Notes: a model not told the origin generated them from the letters alone. Positions 37,768 to 52,766 are shown, counted from the stretch's first letter. The stretch is 64,000 nucleotides of DNA from Paraspadella gotoi (GCA_051294375.1 CM119269.1:22965812-23029811); one strand, 5' to 3'. Numbers and translations: made by a program.

Positions 37768-39257
37768 TTTCGTTGTCGTCTTCTTTGGCAAAAAAATAAA
37801 AAAAACTTTTTCCTCTCATTTAAAAAGCCTTACTTGAATCGTTTTTATCTCTCTCTCNNNNNNNNNNNNNNNNNNNNNNNNNNNNNNNNNNNNNNNNNNN
37901 NNNNNNNNNNNNNNNNNNNNNNNNNNNNNNNNNNNNNNNNNNNNNNNNNNNNNNNNNNNNNNNNNNNNNNNNNNNNNNNNNNNNNNNNNNNNNNNNNNNN
38001 NNNNNNNNNNNNNNNNNNNNNNNNNNNNNNNNNNNNNNNNNNNNNNNNNNNNNNNNNNNNNNNNNNNNNNNNNNNNNNNNNNNNNNNNNNNNNNNNNNNN
38101 NNNNNNNNNNNNNNNNNNNNNNNNNNNNNNNNNNNNNNNNNNNNNNNNNNNNNNNNNNNNNNNNNNNNNNNNNNNNNNNNNNNNNNNNNNNNNNNNNNNN
38201 NNNNNNNNNNNNNNNNNNNNNNNNNNNNNNNNNNNNNNNNNNNNNNNNNNNNNNNNNNNNNNNNNNNNNNNNNNNNNNNNNNNNNNNNNNNNNNNNNNNN
38301 NNNNNNNNNNNNNNNNNNNNNNNNNNNNNNNNNNNNNNNNNNNNNNNNNNNNNNNNNNNNNNNNNNNNNNNNNNNNNNNNNNNNNNNNNNNNNNNNNNNN
38401 NNNNNNNNNNNNNNNNNNNNNNNNNNNNNNNNNNNNNNNNNNNNNNNNNNNNNNNNNNNNNNNNNNNNNNNNNNNNNNNNNNNNNNNNNNNNNNNNNNNN
38501 NNNNNNNNNNNNNNNNNNNNNNNNNNNNNNNNNNNNNNNNNNNNNNNNNNNNNNTCTCTCTCTCCCTCTCTCTCTCCCTCACTCATGACTTACCTTTTTT
38601 CCTCTGACCCTCAGCGAATCAAGAACCAAACAATAACATCATTAACTTTCCTCCAGAGATTAACTCACCTTGGGAGAATTATCCTCTTCATTCTCTCCAA
38701 GGACGAAGGAAGAGAGATGTTTCTGCTGTTGTTTTAGTTGTTGTTTCTGTTGTTGTTGTTGTTGTCTTTTCTGTCCTTACTGTTATAGTCAATGTCATAG
38801 TCGGGAATTGCAATAAATTCATCGGTGGCTCATTGAGTTGCAGACAGCACTCAAGCATAACATTCGAGCAGTTGCGCTTCCTGCTGTTGCTGTTGTTACT
38901 GTTCTTGCTGTTGTTGTTGCTACAGTCTCTATCTTGTTGTTACTGGTTGTTGTTATTACTCTTGCTTAGGTTATAATTTGTGTTCTTTGTTCTTTGGTTT
39001 TTTTTTTAAATGTATTTGTTATCATTGTTATTATTTTTATTGTTACTGTGTCTTTTTGGGTCTTCCCATTTTACATTGTGACATTAGCTTCGTCGTCGTC
39101 GTCGTCGTCATCGTTGTCGTCGTCATCGTCGTCGTTGTCATCTTCTTCTAATTCATAATGCGATCTTTGAAATCGGAGTCAACAATTTTCTTTGAAGATG
39201 AAATGATCATCGGTTTACTAAAGTGGGAGCGGCCACTTAAATAAAAAGTTTTTCTTA

Positions 39258-39458
39258 GAGGCAGTTTGAGTTTAGTTTTGACAACGATTTTGTTTTATTA
39301 TAAAACAGAAATGTTTCGGCTTCATTTCATCAACGCTAATGAAGGCCTAAAATAAAGTCGAAACATGTCTGTTTTACAATAAAACAAAATCGTTGTCAAA
39401 ACTAAACTCAAACTGTCTCTAATTCACTCAAACAACGAAAAGAAATTATTTATATCAC
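39258..39458 (+). mobile_element. Penelope-like element remnant: inverted pseudo-LTR with hammerhead-ribozyme motif
   Basis: ~68-bp inverted arms (39255-39322 / 39355-39422). CTAATGA-AGGC..GTC-GAAA-CATG-TC motif at 39336-39369 followed by AATAAA. Flanked by a 13-bp direct repeat AAAGTTTTTCTTA (39245-39257 / 39459-39471). Confidence 0.75.
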
Positions 39459-39657
39459 AAAGTTTTTCTTATAATCATAAATGTATTTCAGTTACAGAGT
39501 TTGCCGTCTCAGAAATTCTTGACAAATTTTACTGCACTATATTAACCTTATGTTGTATCGATGCTTACTCTATTTCTTGAAAACAAAAATACTAAAAAAA
39601 ACTGAAAACTGAAAACTCCCGCTTTTGAGAGCTTTCTTGGGCTTTGTCCCTTTCTTC

Positions 39658-39693
<36 letters not shown>

Positions 39694-39946
39694 NNNNNNN
39701 NNNNNNNNNNNNNNNNNNNNNNNNNNNNNNNNNNNNNNNNNNNNNNNNNNNNNNNNNNNNNNNNNNNNNNNNNNNNNNNNNNNNNNNNNNNNNNNNNNNN
39801 NNNNNNNNNNNNNNNNNNNNNNNNNNNNNNNNNNNNNNNNNNNNNNNNNNNNNNNNNNNNNCAAAGGCCCCATGGGGTTTTTCGATGCCATTGTCCACTT
39901 TGGTCGACGACGCGTGACTCTGGTTCCATGGAAATTCCATCGCCGA

Positions 39947-39999
<53 letters not shown>

Positions 40000-40582
40000 G
40001 CTACGAGAGGCGATAATTGCCTTTTCTGAGAAAATGTCTTGGAAGCAAATGAAAGAGAATTCTTAGAAATTGTAAGTTATAATTATCTATATTGATAATT
40101 TACTAATATAAGTTTGATAGAATGTCTGATTAATTAACTATTTTTGGGTCTGTTGATTGATTGAATGATTGATTGGCATAATTTAAAAAAAAAGATTATT
40201 TATTGATTTAGCTAATTAATTTTATTGCTTTATCGTTGTCGTCTGAAATGAATAATGGTTTAAAATAACATATGGATTGATTTAAAGATTGATTGACTGA
40301 TTGACAATCGTGAAATATTCTCTACGGTCAAACCTTTTGCTCGAAAATCTCTCAATCTTACGATCAGTCACTATTCACTCCCCATAGTTACAACCTTTTT
40401 TTTTACAACAACGACCCTAACCATTACCGACCATTACCGACCATTACCAACCATTACCGACCATTAGACGCGCCCTTAAAATTGATTAGAGAGAAAACGA
40501 AATCGTTAACTTGAAATATTTTTTTTGGTCTTTAATTGAATTGAAGTTGATTGACAAGCGACTTCACGCCTTTTCCACTCGC

Positions 40583-40647
<65 letters not shown>

Positions 40648-41711
40648 ATAAATGATATTTACAATTGAGAAATGAATGTTGATTAAAATCATTCAATTTA
40701 AAATCTAATACTACAGTTTCTTTAATCTGAAGTGATACAAAAAGACTTGATTAAACTCGTAATTCTTTCAGTGTATAATATTTTTATAACATTTATTAGT
40801 TAGAAAACTAGTTGACGTTTATGTTGATCTAAAATAATGTTAAAATTTGCTAATAATATAATCACAATGGGTATCAAGCGTGGAGTCACTTTTCTTCATT
40901 TTTTTCTTCCAAATTTTAACATTTAATTTTTAACGCTGATTGTGAAGTAAGTAAGTAGTCAAACAACTCAACAATGATAAACTGACCGACCAACATATAA
41001 ATGTCATTTTCTCACAGAGACTTTCACAAAAGGTCAAATTTCCCTGGACTCACCCACGTTACGCCTTCTTACTCTTTACTTTCTCATATCGAATTCACAG
41101 TGAACCTCCGCTTTTATTCACAATTTATAATTTTTTGCTTTTAATGAAATTCCATCACTTTCTATTCAGTACTTTGAAGAGAGGAAGAGAGAGCGAGAGA
41201 GAGAGAGCGAGAGAGAGAGAGAAACGGAGAGAGAGAGNNNNNNNNNNNNNNNNNNNNNNNNNNNNNNNNNNNNNNNNNNNNNNNNNNNNNNNNNNNNNNN
41301 NNNNNNNNNNNNNNNNNNNNNNNNNNNNNNNNNNNNNNNNNNNNNNNNNNNNNNNNNNNNNNNNNNNNNNNNNNNNNNNNNNNNNNNNNNNNNNNNNNNN
41401 NNNNNNNNNNNNNNNNNNNNNNNNNNNNNNNNNNNNNNNNNNNNNNNNNNNNNNNNNNNNNNNNNNNNNNNNNNNNNNNNNNNNNNNNNNNNNNNNNNNN
41501 NNNNNNNNNNNNNNNNNNNNNNNNNNNNNNNNNNNNNNNNNNNNNNNNNNNNNNNNNNNNNNNNNNNNNNNNNNNNNNNNNNNNNNNNNNNNNNNNNNNN
41601 NNNNNNNNNNNNNNNNNNNNNNNNNNNNNNNNTTCTCTCCAAAAATTCGATTTGAATTTTTCGGATAAAAAATCCCGACCAATCATTTTTTCCGTGATTT
41701 GTGAAATTGTT

Positions 41712-41743
<32 letters not shown>

Positions 41744-41857
41744 CGTCATTGTTAATATCCGTCAAATTTCGCTTTATACACAATATATTTCTAAATACGA
41801 TGTGTTTGTTATTTTTTTTCATTTCGTTGGTGTAATATTAAAAAGAGAAAATATTGA

Positions 41858-41922
<65 letters not shown>

Positions 41923-43570
41923 CAGAGAGTAACAGAGAGAGGCAATAAGATAATATTTTTAAATACGATGTATACTAAATAAAACAAAAATGGAATTATG
42001 TTACTTATTTTGGCTTTAATTTCTAAGAACGACCCATGTCATCTTAAATATGAAATTAAATTCTAGGGATTCTCTGGGAAGAGAGGGTTAACCTTTATTT
42101 TGCTAACTAAATTATGAAATTTTGTAAATTCAAATGTTAATGAAAATTGAAAAAAATTACTTGTACCAATATATATATATTTATGAATAAAAAGTATTGT
42201 AAAATAAAGTTGTGCTAGGGAGTAGTCTATTAAACACTATTCACTCTTTAGTATTTACTATTAAATAATTACTATTTACTATTTGCTATTTACTATCTGC
42301 TATTTTCTATTTTCTATTTTCTATTTTCTATTTTCTATTCTCTATTTTCTATTTTCTATTTACTATTTATTATTTTCTATTTACTATTCACTATTCACTA
42401 TTTACTATTTACTATTACTATTTGCTTTTTACTATTTCCTATTATTTTTTTCTATTTTCTATTTACTATTTACGACTCAATGTTTATGAGAATTTCTTAC
42501 TTCTCTTTTTCCTTTTTTATTGTCCATTTTTGCCTTCTAAGTTTGAATATCTGAATAAATTTCATTCATAAATTTTTTCTTAAAACCACCTCGTTAATGT
42601 TTGACACACATTTAACAACTGTTCAAAAAAATTAACATTTTAAAAAGAAAGGGAGTAAAATTTGGAGAGAGAGAGAGAGAGAGAGAGAGAGANNNNNNNN
42701 NNNNNNNNNNNNNNNNNNNNNNNNNNNNNNNNNNNNNNNNNNNNNNNNNNNNNNNNNNNNNNNNNNNNNNNNNNNNNNNNNNNNNNNNNNNNNNNNNNNN
42801 NNNNNNNNNNNNNNAAGAAAGAAAGAAAGAAAGACAGAAAGACAGAAAGAAAGAGATAAAGAGACAAAATGAAACGAGAGAGGCTTAGAAAGAAATAAAG
42901 AACAAAAAAAGAGAAAGAGAGAGAGAGACAGAGAAAGAGAGAGATAGAGAGTTAGAAAGGCGAGTCTCAACTTCCAACTTATATCCAATTGATTTTTTCT
43001 TATTTGTCTTCACAATTTATTTCTCCTTTTTCTCAAAAAATTTCAAAGATTTCGGTTTTTTAAAATTTTGAATAAAAACAAAGAAAATAAAACTAAGAAG
43101 GAACCACCCTTTATTAAAACCACCCTTTATTAAAACCACCCATCCTGCTAACCTGAGTGGAAAATAACCACCCCGCATCCTTCTGCAGAAAAACCACCCG
43201 TTCGTTAAACCGTCCACTGATTTTTAACCACCCACTTCAAAAAAATAAAAAAATCCGTAAAGAACTTTAAAACTGAATTTAAAGTCAGCCATCCATATCG
43301 CCTCTCTCTCTCTCTCNNNNNNNNNNNNNNNNNNNNNNNNNNNNNNNNNNNNNNNNNNNNNNNNNNNNNNNNNNNNNNNNNNNNNNNNNNNNNNNNNNNN
43401 NNNNNNNNNNNNNNNNNNNNNNNNNNNNNNNNTCTCTCTCTCAACGTTGATTATGAGAAATCCTATTTTCCTCTCACCTCCTCTTTGCGTAATGAAGGGG
43501 AAAACCTTTCCGTTCTGTTGCTTCGCTTAATCCCTCTCTTCCTCCCTCTCTCCCTCCATTCCTCCCTCTG

Positions 43571-44353
43571 CATACGAATCTTCCTCACCCATTGCGCCCG
43601 ATGCCACCTTCACTTTTCGTTTCGTCGTCGTCCCCGCGTCGCCGCGCCTCTCGCACCTGCGACGGCATCTGTCCCGAGTGCGCCCACGCTCAGTTCAAGT
43701 CGAAGGACGTGAGTCTAACTGACGAAGAGAAGGCGGAGGCGAGCGAGGCAAGGCGACGGTCGAGCACGAGCCGAGGAGTCGTCTCCAGATTCATCGAGGA
43801 CAATTCGTTCTTGGAGAAGTTGGCAGCGGACACTGACGCAGTTGATAACTTAAAAAAAAAAACAAAAAAAAAACATTTTCGCTTGGTTCTCGTTTCTCGC
43901 TTTATTTTTTTTGGTTCGTTTATTTATAATGATAATTACTAATATATTTATTGGTACTGTTGATCTGATTGAATATAATGATTGGCATAATTTACAAAAA
44001 AAGATTATTATTGATTTAGCTAATTAAGATGCGCGTGCGTCTGAAACTGGAATAATGGTTTAAAAATAACATATGATTTTAAAGATGATTGACTGATTGA
44101 CAATCGTGAAATATTCTCTACGGTCAAACCTTTTTGCTCGAAATCTCTCAATCTTTACGATCAGTCACTATTCCACTCCCATAGTTACAACCTTTTTTTT
44201 TACAAAAACGACCTAACCATTACCACTCTCCGTCTAGACGCCGCCCTTAAAATTGATTAGAGAGAAACGAAATCGTTACTGAAATATTTTTTTTGTCTTT
44301 AATTGATTGAAGTTGATGACAAGCGACTTCACGCCTTTTCCACTCGCTCTCTA

Positions 44354-44404
<51 letters not shown>

Positions 44405-45048
44405 ATCTCCTCTCTCTCTCTCTCTTTCTCTCTCTCAAAATAAATGATATTTACAATTGAAAATGATGTTGATTAAACATCATTCAATTTAATAATACTA
44501 CAGTTTCTTTAATCTGAAGTGATACAAAAGACTTGATTAAACTCGTAATTCTTCAGTGTATAATATTTTTATAACATTTATTAGTTAGAAAACTAGTTGA
44601 CGTTTAGTTGATCTAAAATAATGTTAAAATTTGCTAATAATAAATAATCACAATGGGTATCAAGCGTGGAGTCCTTTCTTCATTTCTTTTCTTCCAAATT
44701 TTAACATTTAATTTTTAACGCTGATTGTGAGTAAGTAAAGTAGTCAAACAACCTCACATGATAAACTGACCGACCAACATATAAATTGTCATTTCTCACA
44801 AGACTCACAACGGTCAAATTTCCCTGGACTCACCACGTACGCCTTCTTACTCTTTACTTTCTCATATCGAATCACAGTGAACCTCCGCTTTTATTCACAT
44901 ATGTGTTTATAAATTCTTTCTATTCAGACTTTGAAGAGAGGAAGGAGAGAGCGAGATGAGAGAGAGCGGAGAGAGAGAGAGAAACGGAGAGAGAGAGACG
45001 ACAGCGCCCCCGTGAGACTGAGAGAGACAGACATTAACGAGAGGAGAA

Positions 45049-45140
<92 letters not shown>

Positions 45141-45192
45141 GAGAGAGAGAGAGCATGTACACTGTCAATCAAAACCTTCCTCAAAGACTTTA

Positions 45193-45236
<44 letters not shown>

Positions 45237-45249
45237 GTTCTCTCTCTTC

Positions 45250-45280
<31 letters not shown>

Positions 45281-46408
45281 TTCTCGCTTCTCTCTAATCG
45301 TCGTTCTCAAAAAATTTTCGGAAAAATAATCTTTTTTTTCTCTCCAAAAATTCGATTTGAATTTTTTCGGATAAAAAAATCCCGACCAATCATTTTTTCA
45401 TCGTGATTTCGTGAAATTGTTGTCGTCTCGTCGTCGTCGTCCGTCGTCGTCGTCGACGATCATTGTTAATATCCGTCAAATTCGGCTTATACACAATATA
45501 TTTTAAATACGATGTCGCTGTTTGTATTATTTTTTTCATTTCTTGGTGTAATATTAAAAAGAGAAAATTATTGAAACTAGAGAGAGAGAGAGAGAGGAGA
45601 GAGAGGAGAGAGAGAGAGAGAGAGAGTGAGAGTGTTGACAGAGGACAAGTTACAGAGAAAAAAAAAAACGATATAATATTTTTTAATACATGTATACTAA
45701 ATAAAACAAAAATGGAATTTGTTACTTATTTGGCTTTAATTTCTAAGCACGAAACCCATGTCATCTTAAATATGAAATTAAATTCGTAGGGATTCTCTGG
45801 GAAGAGAGGGTTAACCTTTTTTGCTAACTAAATTATGAAATTTTGTAAATTCAAATGTTATGAAAATTGAAAAAAATTTACTTGTACCAATATATATATA
45901 TTTATGAATAAAAAGTATTGTTAAAATAAAAGTTGTGCTAGGGAGTAGTCTATTAAACACTATTCACTCTTTAGTATTTACTATTAAATAATTACTATTT
46001 ACTATTTGCTATTTACTGATCTCTATTTTCTATTTTCTATTTTCTATTTTCTATTTTCTATTCTCTATTTTCTATTTCTATTTACTATTTATTATTTTCA
46101 TATTTACTATTCACTATTCACTATTTACTATTTACTATTACTATTTGCTTTTTACTATTCCTATTTTTTTTTCTATTTTCTATTACTATTTCCGATCAGA
46201 TGTTTATGAGAATTTCTTACTTCTCTTTTTCCTTTTTTATTGTCCATCTCTAAGTTTGAATATCTGAATAAATTTCATTCATAAATTTTTTCTTAAAACA
46301 CCTCGTTAATGTTTGACACTCTTCAACTGTAAAAAAAATTAACATTTTAAAAGATAAAGGGAGTAAAATTTGGGAGAGAGAGAGAGAGAGAGAAGTGAGA
46401 GAGAGAGA

Positions 46409-46439
<31 letters not shown>

Positions 46440-46914
46440 AAAGAAAGAAAGAAGACAGAAAGACAGAAATAAAGAGATAAAGAGACAAAATGACGGAGAG
46501 ATTAGAAAGAAATAAAGAACAAAAAAAGAGAAAGAGAGAGAGAGACAGAGAAGACAGATATGAGATGTTAGAAAGGCGAGTCTCAACTTCACTTATATCC
46601 AATTGATTTTTTCTTATTTGTCTTCACAATTTATTTCTCCTTTTTCTCAAAAAATTTCATAAGATTTCGGTTTTTTAAAATTTTGAATAAAAACAAAGAA
46701 AATAAAACTAAGAAGGACCACCCTTATTAAAAACCACCCTTTATAAAACCACCCATCCTGCTAACCTAGTGGAAAATACCCACCCCGCATCCTCTGCAGA
46801 AAAAACCACCCCGTTCGTTAAACCGTCCACTGATTTTTAACCACCCACTTCAAAAAAAATAAAAAATCCGTAAAGAACTTTAAAACTGAATTTAAAGTCA
46901 GCCATCCATATCGC

Positions 46915-46982
<68 letters not shown>

Positions 46983-47287
46983 TCTCTCTCTCTCTCAACG
47001 TTGAATGAGAAATCCTATTTTCCCTCTCCTCCTCTTTGCGTATGAGGGGAAAACCTTTCCGTTCTGTTGTTCGCTCTAATCCTCTCGGTCCATCCCTCTC
47101 TCCCTCCATCCTCCTCTTACCTCCCTCTTTCCTCCTCTTCTGCTCCAATCCCTCTCTTCTCCCTCTCTCCTCCCTCCTCCTCTTATCCTCCCTCTTTTCT
47201 CCTCTCCTCCCTCTCTCCCTCTCTCTTTCCTCTATCTTCTTCTCCCTCCTCCCTCTGGCTCTCCCTCTTTCACTAACCTCTCTTTTC
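43571..47287. other. Probable false duplication (long-read gap fill) of 40090-43570
   Basis: Indel-rich copy of the preceding block, near letter-for-letter identical to 49898-53340 at a constant offset of 6327. Ends at a 25-N gap. Confidence 0.8.
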
Positions 47288-47396
47288 NNNNNNNNNNNNN
47301 NNNNNNNNNNNNTCTCTTCCTTCTTCACCGGAATCAAGGCGCCTCTCGCGTTGGATCCATTAATCACAGTCGAGACGAGTCACCGCCTTTCACATC

Positions 47397-47655
47397 TTCA
47401 CAGCTTCTCTTTCACCTTTCTTTTCTTCTCTTCACAGCTTCTCTTTCACCTTTCTTTTCTTCTCTTCACAGCTTCTCTTTCACCTTTCTTTTCTTCTCTT
47501 CACAGCTTCTCTTTCACCTTTCTTTTCTTCTCTTCACAGCTTCTCTTTCACCTTTCTTTTCTTCTCTTCACAGCTTCTCTTTCACCTTTCTTTTCTTCTC
47601 TTCACAGCTTCTCTTTCACCTTTCTTTTCTTCTCTTCACAGCTTCTCTTTCACCT
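47397..47655. repeat. 34-bp minisatellite (TTCACAGCTTCTCTTTCACCTTTCTTTTCTTCTC), ~7.5 copies
   Basis: Period measured from 47397 to 47431. Confidence 0.92.
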
Positions 47656-48443
47656 CACTCCTCTTTTCTTATTTATTTAACATTTCGTTTCTTGACTCCA
47701 AATTTTAATATACAATTTTCTCAAACGTCAAACAAACCTTTTTACATTAAACATGCAGTTTTAATAAAATGTATTATAGATATTTATAGTATAGATATTT
47801 ATAATACGTTTTCTTATTACGTATCTTATTAACTTTTCTTTAAAGTTTTCTAATTTTTATTCATTTATTGGTTATTTTTAAAAATTCTTTTTAAATATAA
47901 TGACAGATATTAAATTTTAATAAAATAAACAACCAAAAAATTTGATAGACTGGGGGAAATTATTATAAGTGAATTAAAGAGAGAGAGAGACAGAGAGAGA
48001 GAGAAAGAGACAAAGAGAGAGAGAGAGCGAGTTATTTGTACCCTTCACCAAATGCTTCTCAGCCCACGAAGAGTTTCCCATCAAGAAAACTCATGTTTTG
48101 CTCATCGGAGGCCAAAGTCGATACATTTATGATGAATAGAGAGAGAGAGNNNNNNNNNNAGAGAGAGAGACTTTGGTAGCAAGGTCTTTGAGATGGGCAT
48201 CAATTAGGTGGTCAATTAATCAACTTCCTTTCGTTGAAGAGAAAAGCAGAAAATTTTCCTCTTCTTCTTCTTCCTCCTCCTCCTCCTCCTCCTCTCTCTC
48301 TCTCCCTCCTTTCGCTCATACTTTTCTTCAGGTCTCTGTCTCTGTCTCTGTCTTGCTCGTTAACCAACTTTCGTTAACTCCTAAAGACATCCTCTCTCAC
48401 GCTTTGCTTCCTTTTTCCCTCTTAACCCTAGATTTTTCTCTCC

Positions 48444-48498
<55 letters not shown>

Positions 48499-48662
48499 CC
48501 TCCCCTCCCACTCCTTTCTTTCATCCTTTCTTCTCTCTCTCTTCCGCCTCTCTCTCTCTCTCTTCACCATGATTGGGAATCTCTCTCTCTCTCTCTTCTC
48601 TCTCTCACCAAATTAATCAGACAAGACGTCTTCTCGGTCCAACCAACCTTAAAATATTTTCT

Positions 48663-48697
<35 letters not shown>

Positions 48698-49190
48698 GTC
48701 TCTTTCTCTCTCTCTGACTTTTTCTTTCATTATTTCCTATTTTTTCCTTTCATTCATTCATAAATTTGTTTTTTAAGTTAAGAAAAAAACAAGACAAAAT
48801 TAACAACAAACATTTTGTACTTCTGATTGACTAGCGACCACACATTCTTTTCATACTGTTTACAAGTGTGCGCAAAACTTCCTCACACGAAGTCACACAG
48901 TATGCGCAGGTGGTCGAATTCCCAAGAAATCCATCCATTCTGTGACTTCGGTTTTGGGGGAGGGAGAGATTTTGAGTCAATCTGCAGGTGGCCAAGGGTT
49001 GTAAGGAGAGAGAGAGGGAGAGAGAGAGAGAGAGGGAGAGAGAGAGATAAAGAGAGAGAGAGAGAGAGACCGGAAACTAATCTTCCTCTTATTCTTCAAT
49101 CAAGTAACTGGTCAAAAATCTGCGATGTCTACGATAAACATCAACTTATAACAACAACAACAACAACAACAACAACGACGATCCATGATT

Positions 49191-49636
49191 GACTCTTTTT
49201 TCAAAAGCGCCCAATTTTTGGCTTTTTTTTCCAAAAGCGCCTTTTTTCTTTTGGTTAAATCTAAAACTTAATTTTAACATTAATGTTTAAAACTCTAATC
49301 TGATACCAAACTCATATGATGAGCGGGGTTTTCCGTCTTCAAAACCTAATCCTTAATCTTTAACCTTAATCAATAACCTAATCTTAATCTTTATCTTTAA
49401 TCCAAACCTAATCCTTAATCTTAAGACCAAATCCTTAATCTTTAACCTTAATCTATAACTTAATCCCTAACATTAACCTAATTCTTAAGCCTAATCTATA
49501 ACCCTAACCCCGAAGCCTAACCCTAACTTCCTAATCCCTCAACCCAGATCACTAACTAAATCTCTAACCTCTAACCTCTAATCTTTAACTCAATTCAGAA
49601 TTAAATATGAAATGGGGCATTCTTGGAAAAGAAGGC
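49191..49636 (-). mobile_element. TTAGGG-core TIR element, reverse copy
   Basis: Ends GACTCTTTTTTCAAAAGCGCC and GGGGCATTCTTGGAAAAGAAGGC surround a CCTAAT/CCCTAA array. Confidence 0.55.
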
Positions 49637-49860
49637 ACCATAATTTCTCCCGTCCTCGATGTCAACCAACTTCCCTCAGTCGAGGCTAAAGATTTGGGCT
49701 AAAACAACATTAAATAATCACAACAACAGCAACAACTGGTTAAATGACGACGACGACAACGACGACGACAACAACAACAACAACGAAATCGCTTCGTCTT
49801 CCTGTTGTTTGTTTATCCAAAAGAAAAATGAGGAAGAAATAAGTTTTCTCTCGATGGGCG

Positions 49861-49897
<37 letters not shown>

Positions 49898-50680
49898 CAT
49901 ACGAATCTTCCTCACCCATTGCGCCCGATGCCACCTTCACTTTTCGTTTCGTCGTCGTCCCCGCGTCGCCGCGCCTCTCGCACCTGCGACGGCATCTGTC
50001 CCGAGTGCGCCCACGCTCAGTTCAAGTCGAAGGACGTGAGTCTAACTGACGAAGAGAAGGCGGAGGCGAGCGAGGCAAGGCGACGGTCGAGCACGAGCCG
50101 AGGAGTCGTCTCCAGATTCATCGAGGACAATTCGTTCTTGGAGAAGTTGGCAGCGGACACTGACGCAGTTGATAACTTAAAAAAAAAAACAAAAAAAAAA
50201 CATTTTCGCTTGGTTCTCGTTTCTCGCTTTATTTTTTTTGGTTCGTTTATTTATAATGATAATTACTAATATATTTATTGGTACTGTTGATCTGATTGAA
50301 TATAATGATTGGCATAATTTACAAAAAAAGATTATTATTGATTTAGCTAATTAAGATGCGCGTGCGTCTGAAACTGGAATAATGGTTTAAAAATAACATA
50401 TGATTTTAAAGATGATTGACTGATTGACAATCGTGAAATATTCTCTACGGTCAAACCTTTTTGCTCGAAATCTCTCAATCTTTACGATCAGTCACTATTC
50501 CACTCCCATAGTTACAACCTTTTTTTTTACAAAAACGACCTAACCATTACCACTCTCCGTCTAGACGCCGCCCTTAAAATTGATTAGAGAGAAACGAAAT
50601 CGTTACTGAAATATTTTTTTTGTCTTTAATTGATTGAAGTTGATGACAAGCGACTTCACGCCTTTTCCACTCGCTCTCTA

Positions 50681-50731
<51 letters not shown>

Positions 50732-51381
50732 ATCTCCTCTCTCTCTCTCTCTTTCTCTCTCTCAAAATAAATGATATTTACAATTGAAAATGATGTTGAT
50801 TAAACATCATTCAATTTAATAATACTACAGTTTCTTTAATCTGAAGTGATACAAAAGACTTGATTAAACTCGTAATTCTTCAGTGTATAATATTTTTATA
50901 ACATTTATTAGTTAGAAAACTAGTTGACGTTTAGTTGATCTAAAATAATGTTAAAATTTGCTAATAATAAATAATCACAATGGGTATCAAGCGTGGAGTC
51001 CTTTCTTCATTTCTTTTCTTCCAAATTTTAACATTTAATTTTTAACGCTGATTGTGAGTAAGTAAAGTAGTCAAACAACCTCACATGATAAACTGACCGA
51101 CCAACATATAAATTGTCATTTCTCACAAGACTCACAACGGTCAAATTTCCCTGGACTCACCACGTACGCCTTCTTACTCTTTACTTTCTCATATCGAATC
51201 ACAGTGAACCTCCGCTTTTATTCACATATGTGTTTATAAATTCTTTCTATTCAGACTTTGAAGAGAGGAAGGAGAGAGCGAGATGAGAGAGAGCGGAGAG
51301 AGAGAGAGAAACGGAGAGAGAGAGACGACAGCGCCCCCGTGAGACTGAGAGAGACAGACATTAACGAGAGGAGAAAGAGAG

Positions 51382-51467
<86 letters not shown>

Positions 51468-51519
51468 GAGAGAGAGAGAGCATGTACACTGTCAATCAAA
51501 ACCTTCCTCAAAGACTTTA

Positions 51520-51563
<44 letters not shown>

Positions 51564-51576
51564 GTTCTCTCTCTTC

Positions 51577-51607
<31 letters not shown>

Positions 51608-52735
51608 TTCTCGCTTCTCTCTAATCGTCGTTCTCAAAAAATTTTCGGAAAAATAATCTTTTTTTTCTCTCCAAAAATTCGATTTGAATTTTTTCGGATA
51701 AAAAAATCCCGACCAATCATTTTTTCATCGTGATTTCGTGAAATTGTTGTCGTCTCGTCGTCGTCGTCCGTCGTCGTCGTCGACGATCATTGTTAATATC
51801 CGTCAAATTCGGCTTATACACAATATATTTTAAATACGATGTCGCTGTTTGTATTATTTTTTTCATTTCTTGGTGTAATATTAAAAAGAGAAAATTATTG
51901 AAACTAGAGAGAGAGAGAGAGAGGAGAGAGAGGAGAGAGAGAGAGAGAGAGAGTGAGAGTGTTGACAGAGGACAAGTTACAGAGAAAAAAAAAAACGATA
52001 TAATATTTTTTAATACATGTATACTAAATAAAACAAAAATGGAATTTGTTACTTATTTGGCTTTAATTTCTAAGCACGAAACCCATGTCATCTTAAATAT
52101 GAAATTAAATTCGTAGGGATTCTCTGGGAAGAGAGGGTTAACCTTTTTTGCTAACTAAATTATGAAATTTTGTAAATTCAAATGTTATGAAAATTGAAAA
52201 AAATTTACTTGTACCAATATATATATATTTATGAATAAAAAGTATTGTTAAAATAAAAGTTGTGCTAGGGAGTAGTCTATTAAACACTATTCACTCTTTA
52301 GTATTTACTATTAAATAATTACTATTTACTATTTGCTATTTACTGATCTCTATTTTCTATTTTCTATTTTCTATTTTCTATTTTCTATTCTCTATTTTCT
52401 ATTTCTATTTACTATTTATTATTTTCATATTTACTATTCACTATTCACTATTTACTATTTACTATTACTATTTGCTTTTTACTATTCCTATTTTTTTTTC
52501 TATTTTCTATTACTATTTCCGATCAGATGTTTATGAGAATTTCTTACTTCTCTTTTTCCTTTTTTATTGTCCATCTCTAAGTTTGAATATCTGAATAAAT
52601 TTCATTCATAAATTTTTTCTTAAAACACCTCGTTAATGTTTGACACTCTTCAACTGTAAAAAAAATTAACATTTTAAAAGATAAAGGGAGTAAAATTTGG
52701 GAGAGAGAGAGAGAGAGAGAAGTGAGAGAGAGAGA

Positions 52736-52766
<31 letters not shown>

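Noticed and set aside
37723-38607. ORFs spanning N runs (also near 18300, 39600, 41200, 42700)
   Set aside because: Open only because unknown bases contain no stops.
43592-43942. 116-aa ORF duplicated at 49919 with CxxxCxxC
   Set aside because: It lies in the lead-in of the duplicated noisy block, likely a low-quality read end, and has no recognisable family.
49598-49702. Exon ELNMKWGILGKEGTIISPVLDVNQLPSVEAKDLG
   Set aside because: Its first half overlaps the terminus of the TTAGGG-core element.
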